Below, piece after piece: positions 49,518 through 59,725 of a DNA stretch of 64,000 nt. The notes below the pieces were generated by a model that was not told where the DNA came from, made no database searches, and saw only the letters and a list, made by a program, of their open reading frames with translations. Source of the stretch: Pseudomonadota bacterium. GTDB lineage: Bacteria; Desulfobacterota; JAPLJL01. The DNA is taken from assembly GCA_026388655.1 (NCBI GenBank), contig JAPLJI010000057.1, positions 3,604 to 67,603 on the forward strand, read 5' to 3'. Within the stretch, counting starts at the first letter, position 1, and every line of letters starts with the position of its first letter. A program made the translations under genes and the position numbers.

Positions 49518-49919
49518 CTAATCTTTTTGTTTATCATCCGCCGATGGCCTGGCCCGCAATTGTTCGCTCAACGAGTTGCAGACCAGAACGAGGCAGAACC
49601 AGAAAACGGTCCAAGCCAGAGGCAGATACAGCCGGTAGTCCTGAAGCTGAAAATGGGGGCCCTGAACCAGGAAGTAAACCACCGCTCCCAGGGCGATGAG
49701 GGTCACCATCAACCCCAGGGTAAAAGCGATCAGGCTGAAGAAGCCGATGGTATCCAGCAGGTAATTTTTCCAGCGGAGACGGATCGCCGCGAATCCCCGC
49801 CGGAAAGAACCCAGAAATTCCTTCGGCCCCTCCGCGAGTAAAAGCAAAAACAGGCCGAGGCCAGTGAGACCGGCCACAATTGACAGGGTCACCCCTAAAG
49901 GGCCGAGATTAGACATCAT
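49518..49919 (-). CDS. Small integral membrane protein
   Basis: 133-aa ORF with 3-4 predicted TM helices. Adjacent to and co-oriented with the CrtI-like gene. Confidence 0.4.
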   Translation of the reverse strand: MMSNLGPLGVTLSIVAGLTGLGLFLLLLAEGPKEFLGSFRRGFAAIRLRWKNYLLDTIGFFSLIAFTLGLMVTLIALGAVVYFLVQGPHFQLQDYRLYLPLAWTVFWFCLVLVCNSLSEQLRARPSADDKQKD

Positions 49920-49977
49920 CGTAGCGGTAATCTCCGAATTTTTAACGGCATATTCTCGGTTAATCCCCCTTTACCCG

Positions 49978-50961
49978 TTACCGCTTCTGGCAGACAGCGA
50001 CCACAAAATCACTTTGAATATCTCCGCTTCCCAAAAGCAAGTCCTCAATGTTAAAGCAGAGTTTGATAAAATTTTTAGTCTCGGGGTCTTCGGAATGAAA
50101 ATTATGGGCGATGCTGCTGAAAAGTGTTTGCAGGATGGTTCCCCCGTACCCCTTAACTTCGATTACGTTAAAAATCCGATATAGTAACGGCAAGATTTTC
50201 GACGATTCCACCGCTTCAGAGGGATCAACTAAAACCATGCTCAATCTTCCCGGACGAAAAACCCTGGATTTAACCGAACCGTTGTCCCACCGGGTTTTGT
50301 ATTTAGCCGGCAGAATTGAGAGAATCCCATTCACCACCTCCAATTGCCGGTCGGTCCATTGGAATCTGGTGGGGCCGACAAACTCGTTGGCAATGAAATA
50401 ACCACCCTCCTTAAGCGAGCGGTTGGCCCTCAACAGGATTTCTTCCAAGGGAGAGAAATGATGCAAGGCCTGCTCGGCCAGGATCACGTCGTAATAATTC
50501 TCCCGGATTTCCAAGTCATAAACATCGGCAACCAGGTAATTAATAATCTTTCCCAAGCCTTTTTCTTCCGCCCGGCTCCGGGCACATTCTATCCTTGCCT
50601 CCGAGAGATCATACGCATCGATCCTTTCAAATTTGCCCAGTTCCGTCCATCTCAGTTCACGTTCACCGGACCCGCAGGCAAGCGATAACGCCAGCAGGGA
50701 TCTCCGGTCCGCGAAATACTTGCGGGTGATATATTCATGGTAATCAACTTGAGGATCCCCCGAAATCAAATGATTCCAATGTTCCCCGATCCCCGCAACG
50801 TTCCACCAATTTGTCGGAGGTTCTTCCACCCGTTCCCAGGTTTGCTTTATCCTTTTTCGTTTGCCAAAAGTCAATTTCGAGCGGATCCAGTCAAATTGTC
50901 TTTGCCGGATTTTTTCGGCAAATTTCGACAGGTCATGAACGTTAATCAGGTTATTAAACAT
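49978..50961 (-). CDS. Class I SAM-dependent methyltransferase
   Basis: Motif I LSLACGSGERE. GC is lower than the surrounding DNA. Confidence 0.65.
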   Translation of the reverse strand: MFNNLINVHDLSKFAEKIRQRQFDWIRSKLTFGKRKRIKQTWERVEEPPTNWWNVAGIGEHWNHLISGDPQVDYHEYITRKYFADRRSLLALSLACGSGERELRWTELGKFERIDAYDLSEARIECARSRAEEKGLGKIINYLVADVYDLEIRENYYDVILAEQALHHFSPLEEILLRANRSLKEGGYFIANEFVGPTRFQWTDRQLEVVNGILSILPAKYKTRWDNGSVKSRVFRPGRLSMVLVDPSEAVESSKILPLLYRIFNVIEVKGYGGTILQTLFSSIAHNFHSEDPETKNFIKLCFNIEDLLLGSGDIQSDFVVAVCQKR

Positions 50962-50987
50962 CGCGCCTTTAAACGACTATCGCCATC

Positions 50988-52370
50988 TCAGAAATTGTAA
51001 TTCACCGTGGTCTGGACCGCGATGAGATTCCCCCCGGAGGAGTAGCCTGGATAACCGGGGTTTTGCACTCCTTCGGTATATGGATCGGCGTCATAACTGT
51101 TTGGATCACCAATCTTGGTGACCGATCTTCCGAATAAATGCTGCCACTGACAGCCGAGATCCCCCCGGATGGTTTTCCCCAGGAACTTGAGTGGATAACC
51201 GACCCCGAATGAGAACGCGAGCCGGTCGTTATCCACGAGGTTCTGGATCCGGGCCTGGGAGGGAATGGGGGAGGGAGCATATATCAGCCCGGCCCAGAAG
51301 CGGCGTTCCTTCTCGTCCTGCTTTTCGATCCCGGCCCGCAGGTTGGCCGAGTCCCGGACGGGCGGGTCATCCTCGCCGCTAATGCTGACATCCTGGGTAT
51401 TCCGGTAGCCCGACCAGCGGAACCAGTCAATGCCGAGCTCCAGGCTCAGGGTCGGGGAAAAGATGAGCCCCACCGAGCCGGAGATCTTGTCCGGGCTGTA
51501 GAAAAGATAACTGTCGATCTTCTGGGTGAAATAATCATCGGGATTAAGCGGATCGTTGATGCCTCCCAGCCGGACCTGGGCCTCGCCCTGGATCGGAAAG
51601 ACGCTCGCCCCCCGGTAGGAAATCCCGAGCCGGATCATCGGGCTGGCCTGGAAATATAAACCCAGGATCGGGCTGACCTCGTTTGACTGGTAACTGTTCA
51701 TATTAACGTAGACCTCGTTCGCGTTCAAAAGATTCGGCTGGTATACGCTTTCCATCAAATGGGTCAGGATCGAAATCGAAAATCCGAGTCCCAAGGAAAA
51801 AGACGGGAAAAGCTGGTATCCGCCCCCGATGATGATGGTTTGCACCTGGGTTACATCCCCGATCAGGGAAAAATAAAGCCGGTTGGTCAGAAAATATTCC
51901 TGGGCGTTGGTGTAATAGCTGTGCTGGAGCTGGAGCCGGTTCACCGGGCTGTAAATCAAGGCCCCCAGGCGAAACTTGGGGATCCCCAGGTCGGAAGCCA
52001 GGCCCACCACCACCCCTTGGGTGTTGGGGATATCGTTCGAGGGTTTCGTATCGGGGTTCTGCGGATTGATGTAAAGCTGATCCCAGACCCCGTTATAACC
52101 GACTACGAAATACTGGTCGATCATCGGGGCCCGGGCGGGATTGTAATAAAAAGCGCAGGGATCGTCGGCCAGGGTGACCAGGGAATTGCCCATCGCCATG
52201 CCCCGGGCGCCGCACCCGTAAACGTCAAAGACGTCGGCGTAGGCCCGGGAATACGAAAAAACCAGTCCGAAAATAATCCCCAGCCCGATAAAAATTATTT
52301 TCCCTTTATTCCTCATTATTATCACCCCCGGTTGTTTCGATCTAAAAACCTCCCGGTAAAGCTTTTTCAT
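50988..52370 (-). CDS. FadL/TodX-family outer-membrane hydrophobic-compound transporter
   Basis: Signal peptide, the N-terminal hatch motif GARGMAMGNSLVTLADDP, and a C-terminal aromatic residue (..VNYNF). Confidence 0.65.
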   Translation of the reverse strand: MKKLYREVFRSKQPGVIIMRNKGKIIFIGLGIIFGLVFSYSRAYADVFDVYGCGARGMAMGNSLVTLADDPCAFYYNPARAPMIDQYFVVGYNGVWDQLYINPQNPDTKPSNDIPNTQGVVVGLASDLGIPKFRLGALIYSPVNRLQLQHSYYTNAQEYFLTNRLYFSLIGDVTQVQTIIIGGGYQLFPSFSLGLGFSISILTHLMESVYQPNLLNANEVYVNMNSYQSNEVSPILGLYFQASPMIRLGISYRGASVFPIQGEAQVRLGGINDPLNPDDYFTQKIDSYLFYSPDKISGSVGLIFSPTLSLELGIDWFRWSGYRNTQDVSISGEDDPPVRDSANLRAGIEKQDEKERRFWAGLIYAPSPIPSQARIQNLVDNDRLAFSFGVGYPLKFLGKTIRGDLGCQWQHLFGRSVTKIGDPNSYDADPYTEGVQNPGYPGYSSGGNLIAVQTTVNYNF

Positions 52371-53484
52371 AGATCCGGTAGGTTTTATAAACCTCCCCCC
52401 CCATCAGCCGGATGGCCCGGTTCATCTGCTCGTTGCTGTCCAGGATCCAGGACATCTCCCCCCACTCAAACCCAAGCCGTTTCCCGGTCATCAGGGTTTC
52501 CAAGTAGAAGAGGGAGGCGATCCCGGACTTGCGGTATTCCGGGATCACTCCCAGGGCGTAGACCCGGGCGGACTTGATCTTCCGGATCCCGGCCAGAAAA
52601 TGAAAGATCCCGAAGGGGAGGAGCCGCCCGTTCATCCGCCGGAAAACCTCGTTAAAATTGGGGACGGTCAGGGAGAAGCCCACCGGCCGGCCCTCCACCT
52701 CGGCGAAGAGAATCCAAGGGGCCACCTTCTTCCGGACCGCCGGGAGTTGAAAATACCCGGTATGGTTGGAGAGCTCGGCCGGGGTCAACGGAACAAAACC
52801 CCAGTTCTTGAGCCAGGCCGAGTTGTAAACCTCCATGATCCTCCCGCCCTCACCTTTCACGTCCCGGATATTAAAATGCCGGATGGTGATCTTTTCCGAA
52901 TGCTTCACCTCCTCGGCAAACTTGACAATCTGCTCCGGGGGTTCCGCGAGGGTCGAAAGCCGGTAGGCATAAAGATCGCGGATCTTTTTAAACCCCAGGC
53001 CCTCGAGCAGGGAAGCGTAGTAAGCCGGGTTGTAGGTCATGAACACCATCGGCGGGGAGTCGAACCCGTCCACCAGGAGCCCGGCCTCGTCGTTCAGGGA
53101 GGGGTTGACCGGCCCCCGGATGGTTTTCTTCCCCCGGCGGAAGAGCCAGATCCCCGCCTTCTCCAGGAGCGCGCCCGCCACCGCGGGGTCATTCACCGAC
53201 TCGAAGAAACCGAAGAGCCCGGCCCCGTCGCGGTGAAATTGTTCGTGACGGTGATCCACGATGGCCGCCACCCGACCCAGAATTTTCTTCCCGGCGCGGG
53301 CCAGGAAAAGCTGCACCTCGGCGTGCTCGAAAAAAGGGTTCCGTTTCGGGTTTAAACGGATTTTTAATTCGAGGAGAAGCGGGGGAACCCAGTGGGGATC
53401 ATTTTGAAAAAGCTGAAAGGGGAACCGAACGAAATCCCGAAAATCCCTGCCTCCGGAAACCGGAATGATCTCCAGGCTGCTCAT
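52342..53484 (-). CDS. GNAT-fold acyltransferase-like protein (~380 aa)
   Basis: C-terminal acetyl-CoA-binding-like region VIPEYRKSGIASLFYLE...GFEWGEMSW. Confidence 0.45.
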   Translation of the reverse strand: MSSLEIIPVSGGRDFRDFVRFPFQLFQNDPHWVPPLLLELKIRLNPKRNPFFEHAEVQLFLARAGKKILGRVAAIVDHRHEQFHRDGAGLFGFFESVNDPAVAGALLEKAGIWLFRRGKKTIRGPVNPSLNDEAGLLVDGFDSPPMVFMTYNPAYYASLLEGLGFKKIRDLYAYRLSTLAEPPEQIVKFAEEVKHSEKITIRHFNIRDVKGEGGRIMEVYNSAWLKNWGFVPLTPAELSNHTGYFQLPAVRKKVAPWILFAEVEGRPVGFSLTVPNFNEVFRRMNGRLLPFGIFHFLAGIRKIKSARVYALGVIPEYRKSGIASLFYLETLMTGKRLGFEWGEMSWILDSNEQMNRAIRLMGGEVYKTYRIYEKALPGGF

Positions 53485-53717
53485 TGTAATTTAGTATACC
53501 TTCTCTATTTTTAAAGGAAAACCGGAAAGGGTTATAAAATGCCCGATTTTCTGATAAAAGATAATATGGCGAATGCTATATGATTATAATTCGGTAGCAG
53601 CGAATTGTTTTGCTTGCCCCGTAAGAGGGAGCGAAGACTTATCCATAGACTGAAAAAACACCTTTTTCGACTTTTTTGGCAATAAACGAATAAATTATTT
53701 AACCAAGGAGGGGAAAA

Positions 53718-54488
53718 ATGAAGCTTACCGGGAAAAGGGCCCTGGTTACCGGGGGTGGAAGGGGCATCGGGCATGGGATTGCACTTTGCCTGGGCAAATA
53801 CGGAGCCGACCTGGTCCTGGGCTACCGCAAGGATGAAAGCGCCATCCAGGAAACGATCGCCGAGCTCAAGCGGATGGGCCGCAAGGCCAAGGCGGTCAAG
53901 GCGGACGTGACCAATCCCCAGGAAGTGGAAGCCATGGTCGCGGAAGCGGTCAAGGAGTTCGGGGGCCTCGACATCGTCGCGGTCAACGCCGGGGTCGCCT
54001 CCCGCGGGCAAACGGTCCGCGACACCGAGCCGCAGGAATTCCAGCGGGTGGTTTCCACCAACCTGCTGGGCGCGTTTTATACCGCCAAGTACGTGACCCG
54101 GCAGATGCACGAGCAGGAAACGGGCGGTTCGATCACCTTCACCTCCTCGATCATCACCCGGGTGCTCACCCCCTGGAGCGCCCCCTATGCCGCCGCCAAG
54201 ACCGGCCTGGAGGCCCTGATGGTGGTCCTGGCCAAGGAAGAGGTCTCCCAGAAAATCCGGGTCAACGCCGTCGCCCCCGGCCTGGTCGAGACCGAAATGG
54301 GCCGGAGGCTGATCCGGGCCCGGGGCGTCGACGACATCAAGGGCATGTCCTCCGTGCTGCCCTTCGGGCGGGTTTGCCAGCCCCAGGATATCGGCGAGCT
54401 GATCGCCTTCCTGGCCAGCGAGGAAGGCAGCTACATCACCGGCCAGGTGATCGGACTGGAAGGCGGAGCAAGTTTCCTGGGGATGTAA
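53718..54488 (+). CDS. SDR-family oxidoreductase (FabG-like)
   Basis: TGGGRGIGHGIA cofactor motif, NAG motif, and YAAAK catalytic dyad. Confidence 0.85.
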   Translation: MKLTGKRALVTGGGRGIGHGIALCLGKYGADLVLGYRKDESAIQETIAELKRMGRKAKAVKADVTNPQEVEAMVAEAVKEFGGLDIVAVNAGVASRGQTVRDTEPQEFQRVVSTNLLGAFYTAKYVTRQMHEQETGGSITFTSSIITRVLTPWSAPYAAAKTGLEALMVVLAKEEVSQKIRVNAVAPGLVETEMGRRLIRARGVDDIKGMSSVLPFGRVCQPQDIGELIAFLASEEGSYITGQVIGLEGGASFLGM

Positions 54489-54705
54489 ATAAACGGCCTT
54501 GAGTCCGAAGTCCTAAAAACGAAAACCGTTAGAAAAAAACCTACGGTCTTCGCCTACGCCCAGTTCGCTTTATAAAGGGAGATGACTCCTGGCCCCCAAA
54601 AAATCGGAAGCCGGACGAATCATTTCGGTTTTCCCGGGTGGCATCTTTTTAAAATCCTTAAGAATTCATACAATAAGAAAGGATTTTAGGGGTCAAACAA
54701 AAATC

Positions 54706-55626
54706 ATGAGAGAAATTGCCGCCCGGTTCGGAATTTTCAGCCTGGGGATTTTTATCTCCTTGCTCCTGCAGCCGGCCTTTTCCCCCGCCGCCGATGTGTT
54801 CGTGCTCAAGAGCAACGACATCCCGGCCTATGACGAGGTCCTCCGCGGTTTCCGGGAGGTGGTGGGGGACAGCGCCTTCGAAACCTTCAGCCTGAAAGGC
54901 AACCCCGCCTCGGCCGCGCAGGCGGTGCCCACCGCCCAGGCCAGTCATCCTTCCGTGATCCTGGCCGTGGGCAGCGAGTCGGCCCGGATCGCCCGGGAAC
55001 AGCTGGCCGGCGTTCCCACCGTGTTCTCCATGGTCCTGGATCCCTCCGAATTCCAGAAAAACGAGAAAATTACCGGCGTGAGTTTCCAGGTGCCGGCCCG
55101 GGCCCAGTTCCAGGCCCTCAGTTCCATCCTGCCCAAGGCCCGCCGGATCGGGGTCATCTACAACCCCACCTTGAGCCTTTTCGTTATCCGGGACGGCCGC
55201 CAGGCCGCCGCAGCGCTGGATCTCACCCTGGTCGAAAAACCGATCAGTTCGAGCAACGAGATCGCCAACGCGATCAAGGAAATGATCTGGACCGTGGATG
55301 CCCTCTGGATGATCCCGGACCAGACGGTGGTTTCGAAAGATTCCTTCCGTTACATGCTGGAGGCCACCCTGAACCGGAAGATCCCGATCCTGACCTTCTC
55401 CCAGAGCTTTGTTAAGGGCGGGGCCCTTCTGGCCCTGGCCCCCAACTACCAGGACATGGGCCGCCAGGCCGGTCGCCTGGTGCAAAAAATTCTGGGCGGG
55501 ACCTCCCCCGGCAGTCTGCCTTCGGCCCACCCGCAGGGGTACCTGTTTTTGAACCTCAATACCGCCAACGCCTTGAATATAAGCGTCGCCCCGGAAATCC
55601 TCCAGAAGGCTGAACAGATCCAGTGA
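54706..55626 (+). CDS. Periplasmic ABC-transporter substrate-binding protein (ABC_sub_bind family), orphan
   Basis: Signal peptide and a two-lobe SBP pattern. No permease or ATPase gene is adjacent. Confidence 0.6.
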   Translation: MREIAARFGIFSLGIFISLLLQPAFSPAADVFVLKSNDIPAYDEVLRGFREVVGDSAFETFSLKGNPASAAQAVPTAQASHPSVILAVGSESARIAREQLAGVPTVFSMVLDPSEFQKNEKITGVSFQVPARAQFQALSSILPKARRIGVIYNPTLSLFVIRDGRQAAAALDLTLVEKPISSSNEIANAIKEMIWTVDALWMIPDQTVVSKDSFRYMLEATLNRKIPILTFSQSFVKGGALLALAPNYQDMGRQAGRLVQKILGGTSPGSLPSAHPQGYLFLNLNTANALNISVAPEILQKAEQIQ

Positions 55627-55994
55627 AATACCCCGCTCACAAGGCGGGGCTTCAAAATCCAACCAAAATCCATCTCCCCTCCCTCGACGGCCTCCGGCTC
55701 GGAGAGGAGGGGATTGAGAGGAGGGCGATTGAAATACCATTTTCACCCTCTCCTTCATCCTCCCCCATCCCCGCCCTTGACGGGGCAAGCCAAGGGGGAG
55801 GAAAATCAACCCTTCGACTTCCCCGGTCTAAAGCCCGGGGTATGCTCAAGGTTGATGCTGAGCGGCGCCTTTTTGCCTTCAGGGTGAATCCCCTCAGGAT
55901 GAACCCCGCCTTAAAGGGCAAGGTTTTGGCACCGTCGAAGTATCAATAAATCCGGGACAAATTCTGTTTTTAGGGAATATTATTGATTCCTAGC

Positions 55995-56552
55995 TTACGC
56001 TGACGGCTTTTTCCGCCGGATCCGGAGCTTGGAAATCTTGGGAATTTTCGGAATCCGGGGAGCCCGGATTTTCCGACCCGCGGGTTTTTTCGGCAGGACC
56101 GCTCCTGGAGCCAGTGGAACGGTCAAGACGGGGAAGGCCGCCCGGCGGACCACCCGCTCGGCCACGCTCCCGATCAGGGCCCGCGAAAACCCGGTCCGGC
56201 CATGGGTTCCCATAACAATCAGGCTGGCCTGTTCCTCTCGGGCCCCCGCCAGGATCTCCTCGTGGGGATCCCCGAAGCGGAGGCGGGTTTCGATTTTCAC
56301 CTTCTCGCCGCCCTTGCGCTGGGCCATGGCCTTGAGTCTATCCTCCGCTTCCTTTTCCATCTCCCGGCGGAGATCGGCCTCAGTCACTATTCCGGAAACA
56401 AAAAGAGGGTAACTGGCCAGAGTCTGGATGACGTGAAGAAGAATAATCGATGACCCGCAGTTCTCAGACAGATGAACGGCATATTCGAGGGCGGCCTCCG
56501 AGTTGTCGGAGAAATCCGTGGGGACCAGAATCTTGGGGAAGAAATTAGCCAT
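55995..56552 (-). CDS. Universal stress protein (UspA fold) with a basic Lys/Arg/Pro-rich C-terminal tail
   Basis: ILVPTDFS...GTHGRTG ATP-binding motif. The tail reads PKKPAGRKIRAPRIPKIPKISKLRIRRKKPSA. Confidence 0.75.
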   Translation of the reverse strand: MANFFPKILVPTDFSDNSEAALEYAVHLSENCGSSIILLHVIQTLASYPLFVSGIVTEADLRREMEKEAEDRLKAMAQRKGGEKVKIETRLRFGDPHEEILAGAREEQASLIVMGTHGRTGFSRALIGSVAERVVRRAAFPVLTVPLAPGAVLPKKPAGRKIRAPRIPKIPKISKLRIRRKKPSA

Positions 56553-56574
56553 ATGTTTTATTATTTACCAAAAT

Positions 56575-56950
56575 TCATTGGTTAAGTAAATACCAGGTCT
56601 TTACCTTGCTATTTGCGACTATTTTCTCCACCTTCTTCCGGAACTTCAAATCCTCCTCCACTTTCCTCTTCATGTCGCTCACACACCGGCTCACCCCGGT
56701 ATACCCCAGGCCAAACTTCTCGCCAATTTCCCTCAATCTTAATCCCAATACCCGCCTACAAAACCACTCCGAACTGATCAACCACATCCAGAAGAACCTT
56801 GACAAAACGCTTCCGATCTTCGTCATCAATAACAATATTCCTCCGCTCGTTGCCCCGAGCGGTCACATGATATACCGCGCCCTCGTAACTAATCCTCAAT
56901 GGTCTGGAATGGTCTGGCCATATTTTTATCCTACCCCTGCCAAATACCAA
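56575..56950 (-). pseudogene. Frameshifted IS200/IS605-like (Y1 HUH) transposase remnant with a C-terminal DnaA-like HTH
   Basis: ORF 56756-56950 encodes AVYHVTARGNERRNIV, the Y1_Tnp N-terminal signature. The out-of-frame ORF 56575-56835 encodes LREIGEKFGLGYTGVSRCV, a DnaA_C-type HTH. AT-rich. Confidence 0.55.
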
Positions 56951-57048
56951 AGTAAAGACCTGACCCTAGAATTTCTCTAGAATTTACTGAGGAATTTGGG
57001 TTAATATATCGGAGTTGTTTTCGTTAACTAATCGAAAGGGAGAACCCG

Positions 57049-57858
57049 ATGAAGAATCTACATGACAAAGTCGCCCTCGTCACCGGCTCCGCCAGCGGAA
57101 TTGGGAAGGCCACCGCCTTGAAACTGGCCGAGGAGGGAGCCCATCTGGTCCTCGCGGATATTAATGAAGAAGGACTAAAAAGCGCTTCCAATGAAATCGA
57201 GGCCTTGGGCCGTAAGGCCCTGAGCGTTAAGACCGACGTCTCTAAGCGGGATCAGGTTGAACAACTATGTCAAAAGGCCCTGGCCGAGTTCGGCCGGGTG
57301 GACATCCTGATGAACAACGCCGGGGTGGCCTTGATTTCCGAGATCAAGGACACCGAACTTTCGGAATGGGAATGGATCCTGGGGATCCATCTCTGGGGGG
57401 CAATCTATACCATTCATTACCTCCTTCCCCAGATGGTGGAAAGAAAGTCGGGGCACATCATCAACATCTCCTCCTGGGCCGGCATCCTCGGAACCCCCAC
57501 CTGCGGGGCCTACGCCACCGCCAAATTCGGCCTGGTGGGGATGTCGGAGGTCCTTCGCACCGAACTGGAGAGGTTTGATATCGGGGTCACGGTGGTGTGC
57601 CCGGGGATGGTAAAAACCAACGTATTCAGTTCCGCGAAAATGAAGGGTTTTAAGCGGGAATTCGTGGAAAAGGGCGGTACCTTCGGAACCAGCCCGGAAG
57701 CGGTCGCCCGGAAGATCGTCCGGGCGGTGAAGCATAACCAGGCCGTGGTGCTCACCGACCTGGCCAAAGTCGCCTGGAGCGTCAAGCGCCTCTCTCCCGC
57801 CCTGGGCCGCCAGTTCCTGAAGGTGTTCCTCAAGGCCAGCGAACGGGCGAGGGGATAA
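57049..57858 (+). CDS. SDR-family oxidoreductase
   Basis: TGSASGIGKATA, NNAG, and YATAK motifs. Confidence 0.85.
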   Translation: MKNLHDKVALVTGSASGIGKATALKLAEEGAHLVLADINEEGLKSASNEIEALGRKALSVKTDVSKRDQVEQLCQKALAEFGRVDILMNNAGVALISEIKDTELSEWEWILGIHLWGAIYTIHYLLPQMVERKSGHIINISSWAGILGTPTCGAYATAKFGLVGMSEVLRTELERFDIGVTVVCPGMVKTNVFSSAKMKGFKREFVEKGGTFGTSPEAVARKIVRAVKHNQAVVLTDLAKVAWSVKRLSPALGRQFLKVFLKASERARG

Positions 57859-58036
57859 ACCTCAAAATTCAAATTGTTAATTTCTAATGACGAATTTCGA
57901 AAAAATGTCCGATATTCAATAACCAATGACTGATTTTTTATCAAAATTCAAATTTGTTAATAAATCGTTTAACGTCTAACGTCTCACATCTTACGTCTTT
58001 AAGCTGTCTAGCTTCCCAGCCTCCCAGCATATTGAT

Positions 58037-58657
58037 ATGAACGTCTGCGAAATCTTCCCCACCATCCTCGGTGAATCCTCCCGGAGCGGTTACCCGGTCG
58101 TCCTGGTCCGCCTGGCCGGCTGCAATCTCCGCTGCCGCTACTGCGACACCGCCTACGCCTACTCCGGCGGGCAGGAACTGCCCCTCCCGGAAATCGCCGG
58201 GCAAATCCGAGGTTTGGGAATTTCCCTGGTTTTAATCACCGGCGGGGAACCTCTGCTCCAGGCGGAAACCCCGGCGCTGATCGAAGCCCTCCTGGATTCC
58301 GGCTTCACCATCCTGGTCGAAACCAACGGCTCGCTTCCCATCTCCACGATTGACCCCCGGGCCGTAATCATCCTCGACCAGAAATGCCCGGGCAGCGGGA
58401 TGTCCGACCGGATGGATCCGGCCAACCTCGACCTGATTCGTCCTCACGATGAAATCAAGTTCGTCCTTTATGACTCCGACGATTACAGCTTCGCCCGGGA
58501 CCTGGTTTCGAAAAAAAACCTGGCTCGGCGGTCCCAGGTTATTTTCTCGCCGGTTCACGGATTTCTTCCCCCCCAGACCCTGGCGGAGTGGATTCTCCGA
58601 GACCGTCTTCCGGTTAGATTGGGTATTCAACTTCACCACCATATTAGGGTAAAATAG
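58037..58657 (+). CDS. queE: 7-carboxy-7-deazaguanine synthase (radical SAM)
   Basis: CNLRCRYCDT cluster motif in a ~200-aa QueE-type protein. Confidence 0.8.
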   Translation: MNVCEIFPTILGESSRSGYPVVLVRLAGCNLRCRYCDTAYAYSGGQELPLPEIAGQIRGLGISLVLITGGEPLLQAETPALIEALLDSGFTILVETNGSLPISTIDPRAVIILDQKCPGSGMSDRMDPANLDLIRPHDEIKFVLYDSDDYSFARDLVSKKNLARRSQVIFSPVHGFLPPQTLAEWILRDRLPVRLGIQLHHHIRVK

Positions 58658-58750
58658 CCGTCTACCCCCTCACCCTAACCCTCTCCCTCGAGGGGAGAGG
58701 GAAGGGGAGAGGGTGAAAAACTCACCTTGATCATGGATGAGGTGGAATAA

Positions 58751-59470
58751 ATGAAAAAAAGAGCACCGTCTATTGTTCTTTTAAGCGGAGGCCTGGATTC
58801 CACCGTGACCGCCGCGGTCGCCCGGCGGGACCGGCCCCGGAATCCCCTGGCCCTGCTCCATATCAATTACGGGCAGAAATCCGAGGCCCGGGAGTTGAAA
58901 TCCTTCCGGAGGATCGCCGATTTCTTTGCGGCCCCCTGCCGGCTCACCCTCGATTTTTCCCACCTGAGAAAAATCGGCGGCTCCAGCCTGACCGACCCGA
59001 AAATGAAAATCCCGGGAAAACACCCCGGGAGCAGGATCCCCACCACCTACGTTCCCTTTCGCAACGCCAACCTCCTGGCCGCCGCCGTCGCCTGGGCCGA
59101 GGTTATCGGGGCCGACCGGGTTTACCTCGGGGTGAATGAACCCGATTCCCGTCATTACCCCGATACCAGGCTGGAATTCATCCGGGCCTTCGGGCGGGCG
59201 GTGAGGCTCGGGACCAAACCGAACACCCGGATCACCCTTCATGCCCCCCTGCTCCGGTTACGGAAATCCGGGATCGTCCGCCTCGGGTATAAGCTCGGGG
59301 CTCCATTTCACTTGACCTGGTCATGCTACCAAAGCGGGTCCCGTCCCTGCGGCCGTTGCTCCAGCTGTCTCATCCGCGGGGAGGGTTTTCAAAAAGCCGG
59401 CTTTCCCGATCCTTTCTTCCCGGAAAAATCCCTCGGCCGGAAAAATTCTCGCGCCCTGAACCGGAAATAA
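58751..59470 (+). CDS. queC: 7-cyano-7-deazaguanine synthase
   Basis: PP-loop LLSGGLDST and a C-terminal zinc site CYQSGSRPCGRCSSC. Confidence 0.85.
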   Translation: MKKRAPSIVLLSGGLDSTVTAAVARRDRPRNPLALLHINYGQKSEARELKSFRRIADFFAAPCRLTLDFSHLRKIGGSSLTDPKMKIPGKHPGSRIPTTYVPFRNANLLAAAVAWAEVIGADRVYLGVNEPDSRHYPDTRLEFIRAFGRAVRLGTKPNTRITLHAPLLRLRKSGIVRLGYKLGAPFHLTWSCYQSGSRPCGRCSSCLIRGEGFQKAGFPDPFFPEKSLGRKNSRALNRK

Positions 59471-59578
59471 AAATCATGCGGTGTATTAATGAAACGCTCA
59501 CCATTAATAAATTTTTCATCGTTTGCAGGGAAATATTATTCATAACGAAATAATTATGTGTGCGGCTCAAAAGTCCTT

Positions 59579-59690
59579 GTTATTCCAGGCTTGACCATGC
59601 CTGCCCCGTATTTGATCTGGGTGAATCCAGTCTATTTTTCTGGATTCCCGTTAGAGTTTATCCCGCACTCTGATGCGGGACGGGAATGAC
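59579..59690. repeat. GTCATTCC...GGAATGAC hairpin repeat element (long copy)
   Basis: About 88% identical to 12833-12943 over ~112 bp. Confidence 0.75.
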
Positions 59691-59725
59691 GATTAATGCG
59701 CAACTATTTAAGACGCTGCGTATAG

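Noticed and set aside
53532-54110. 192-aa minus-strand ORF overlapping the SDR gene start
   Set aside because: Antisense to an SDR gene with canonical motifs and extends across a repeat-containing spacer.
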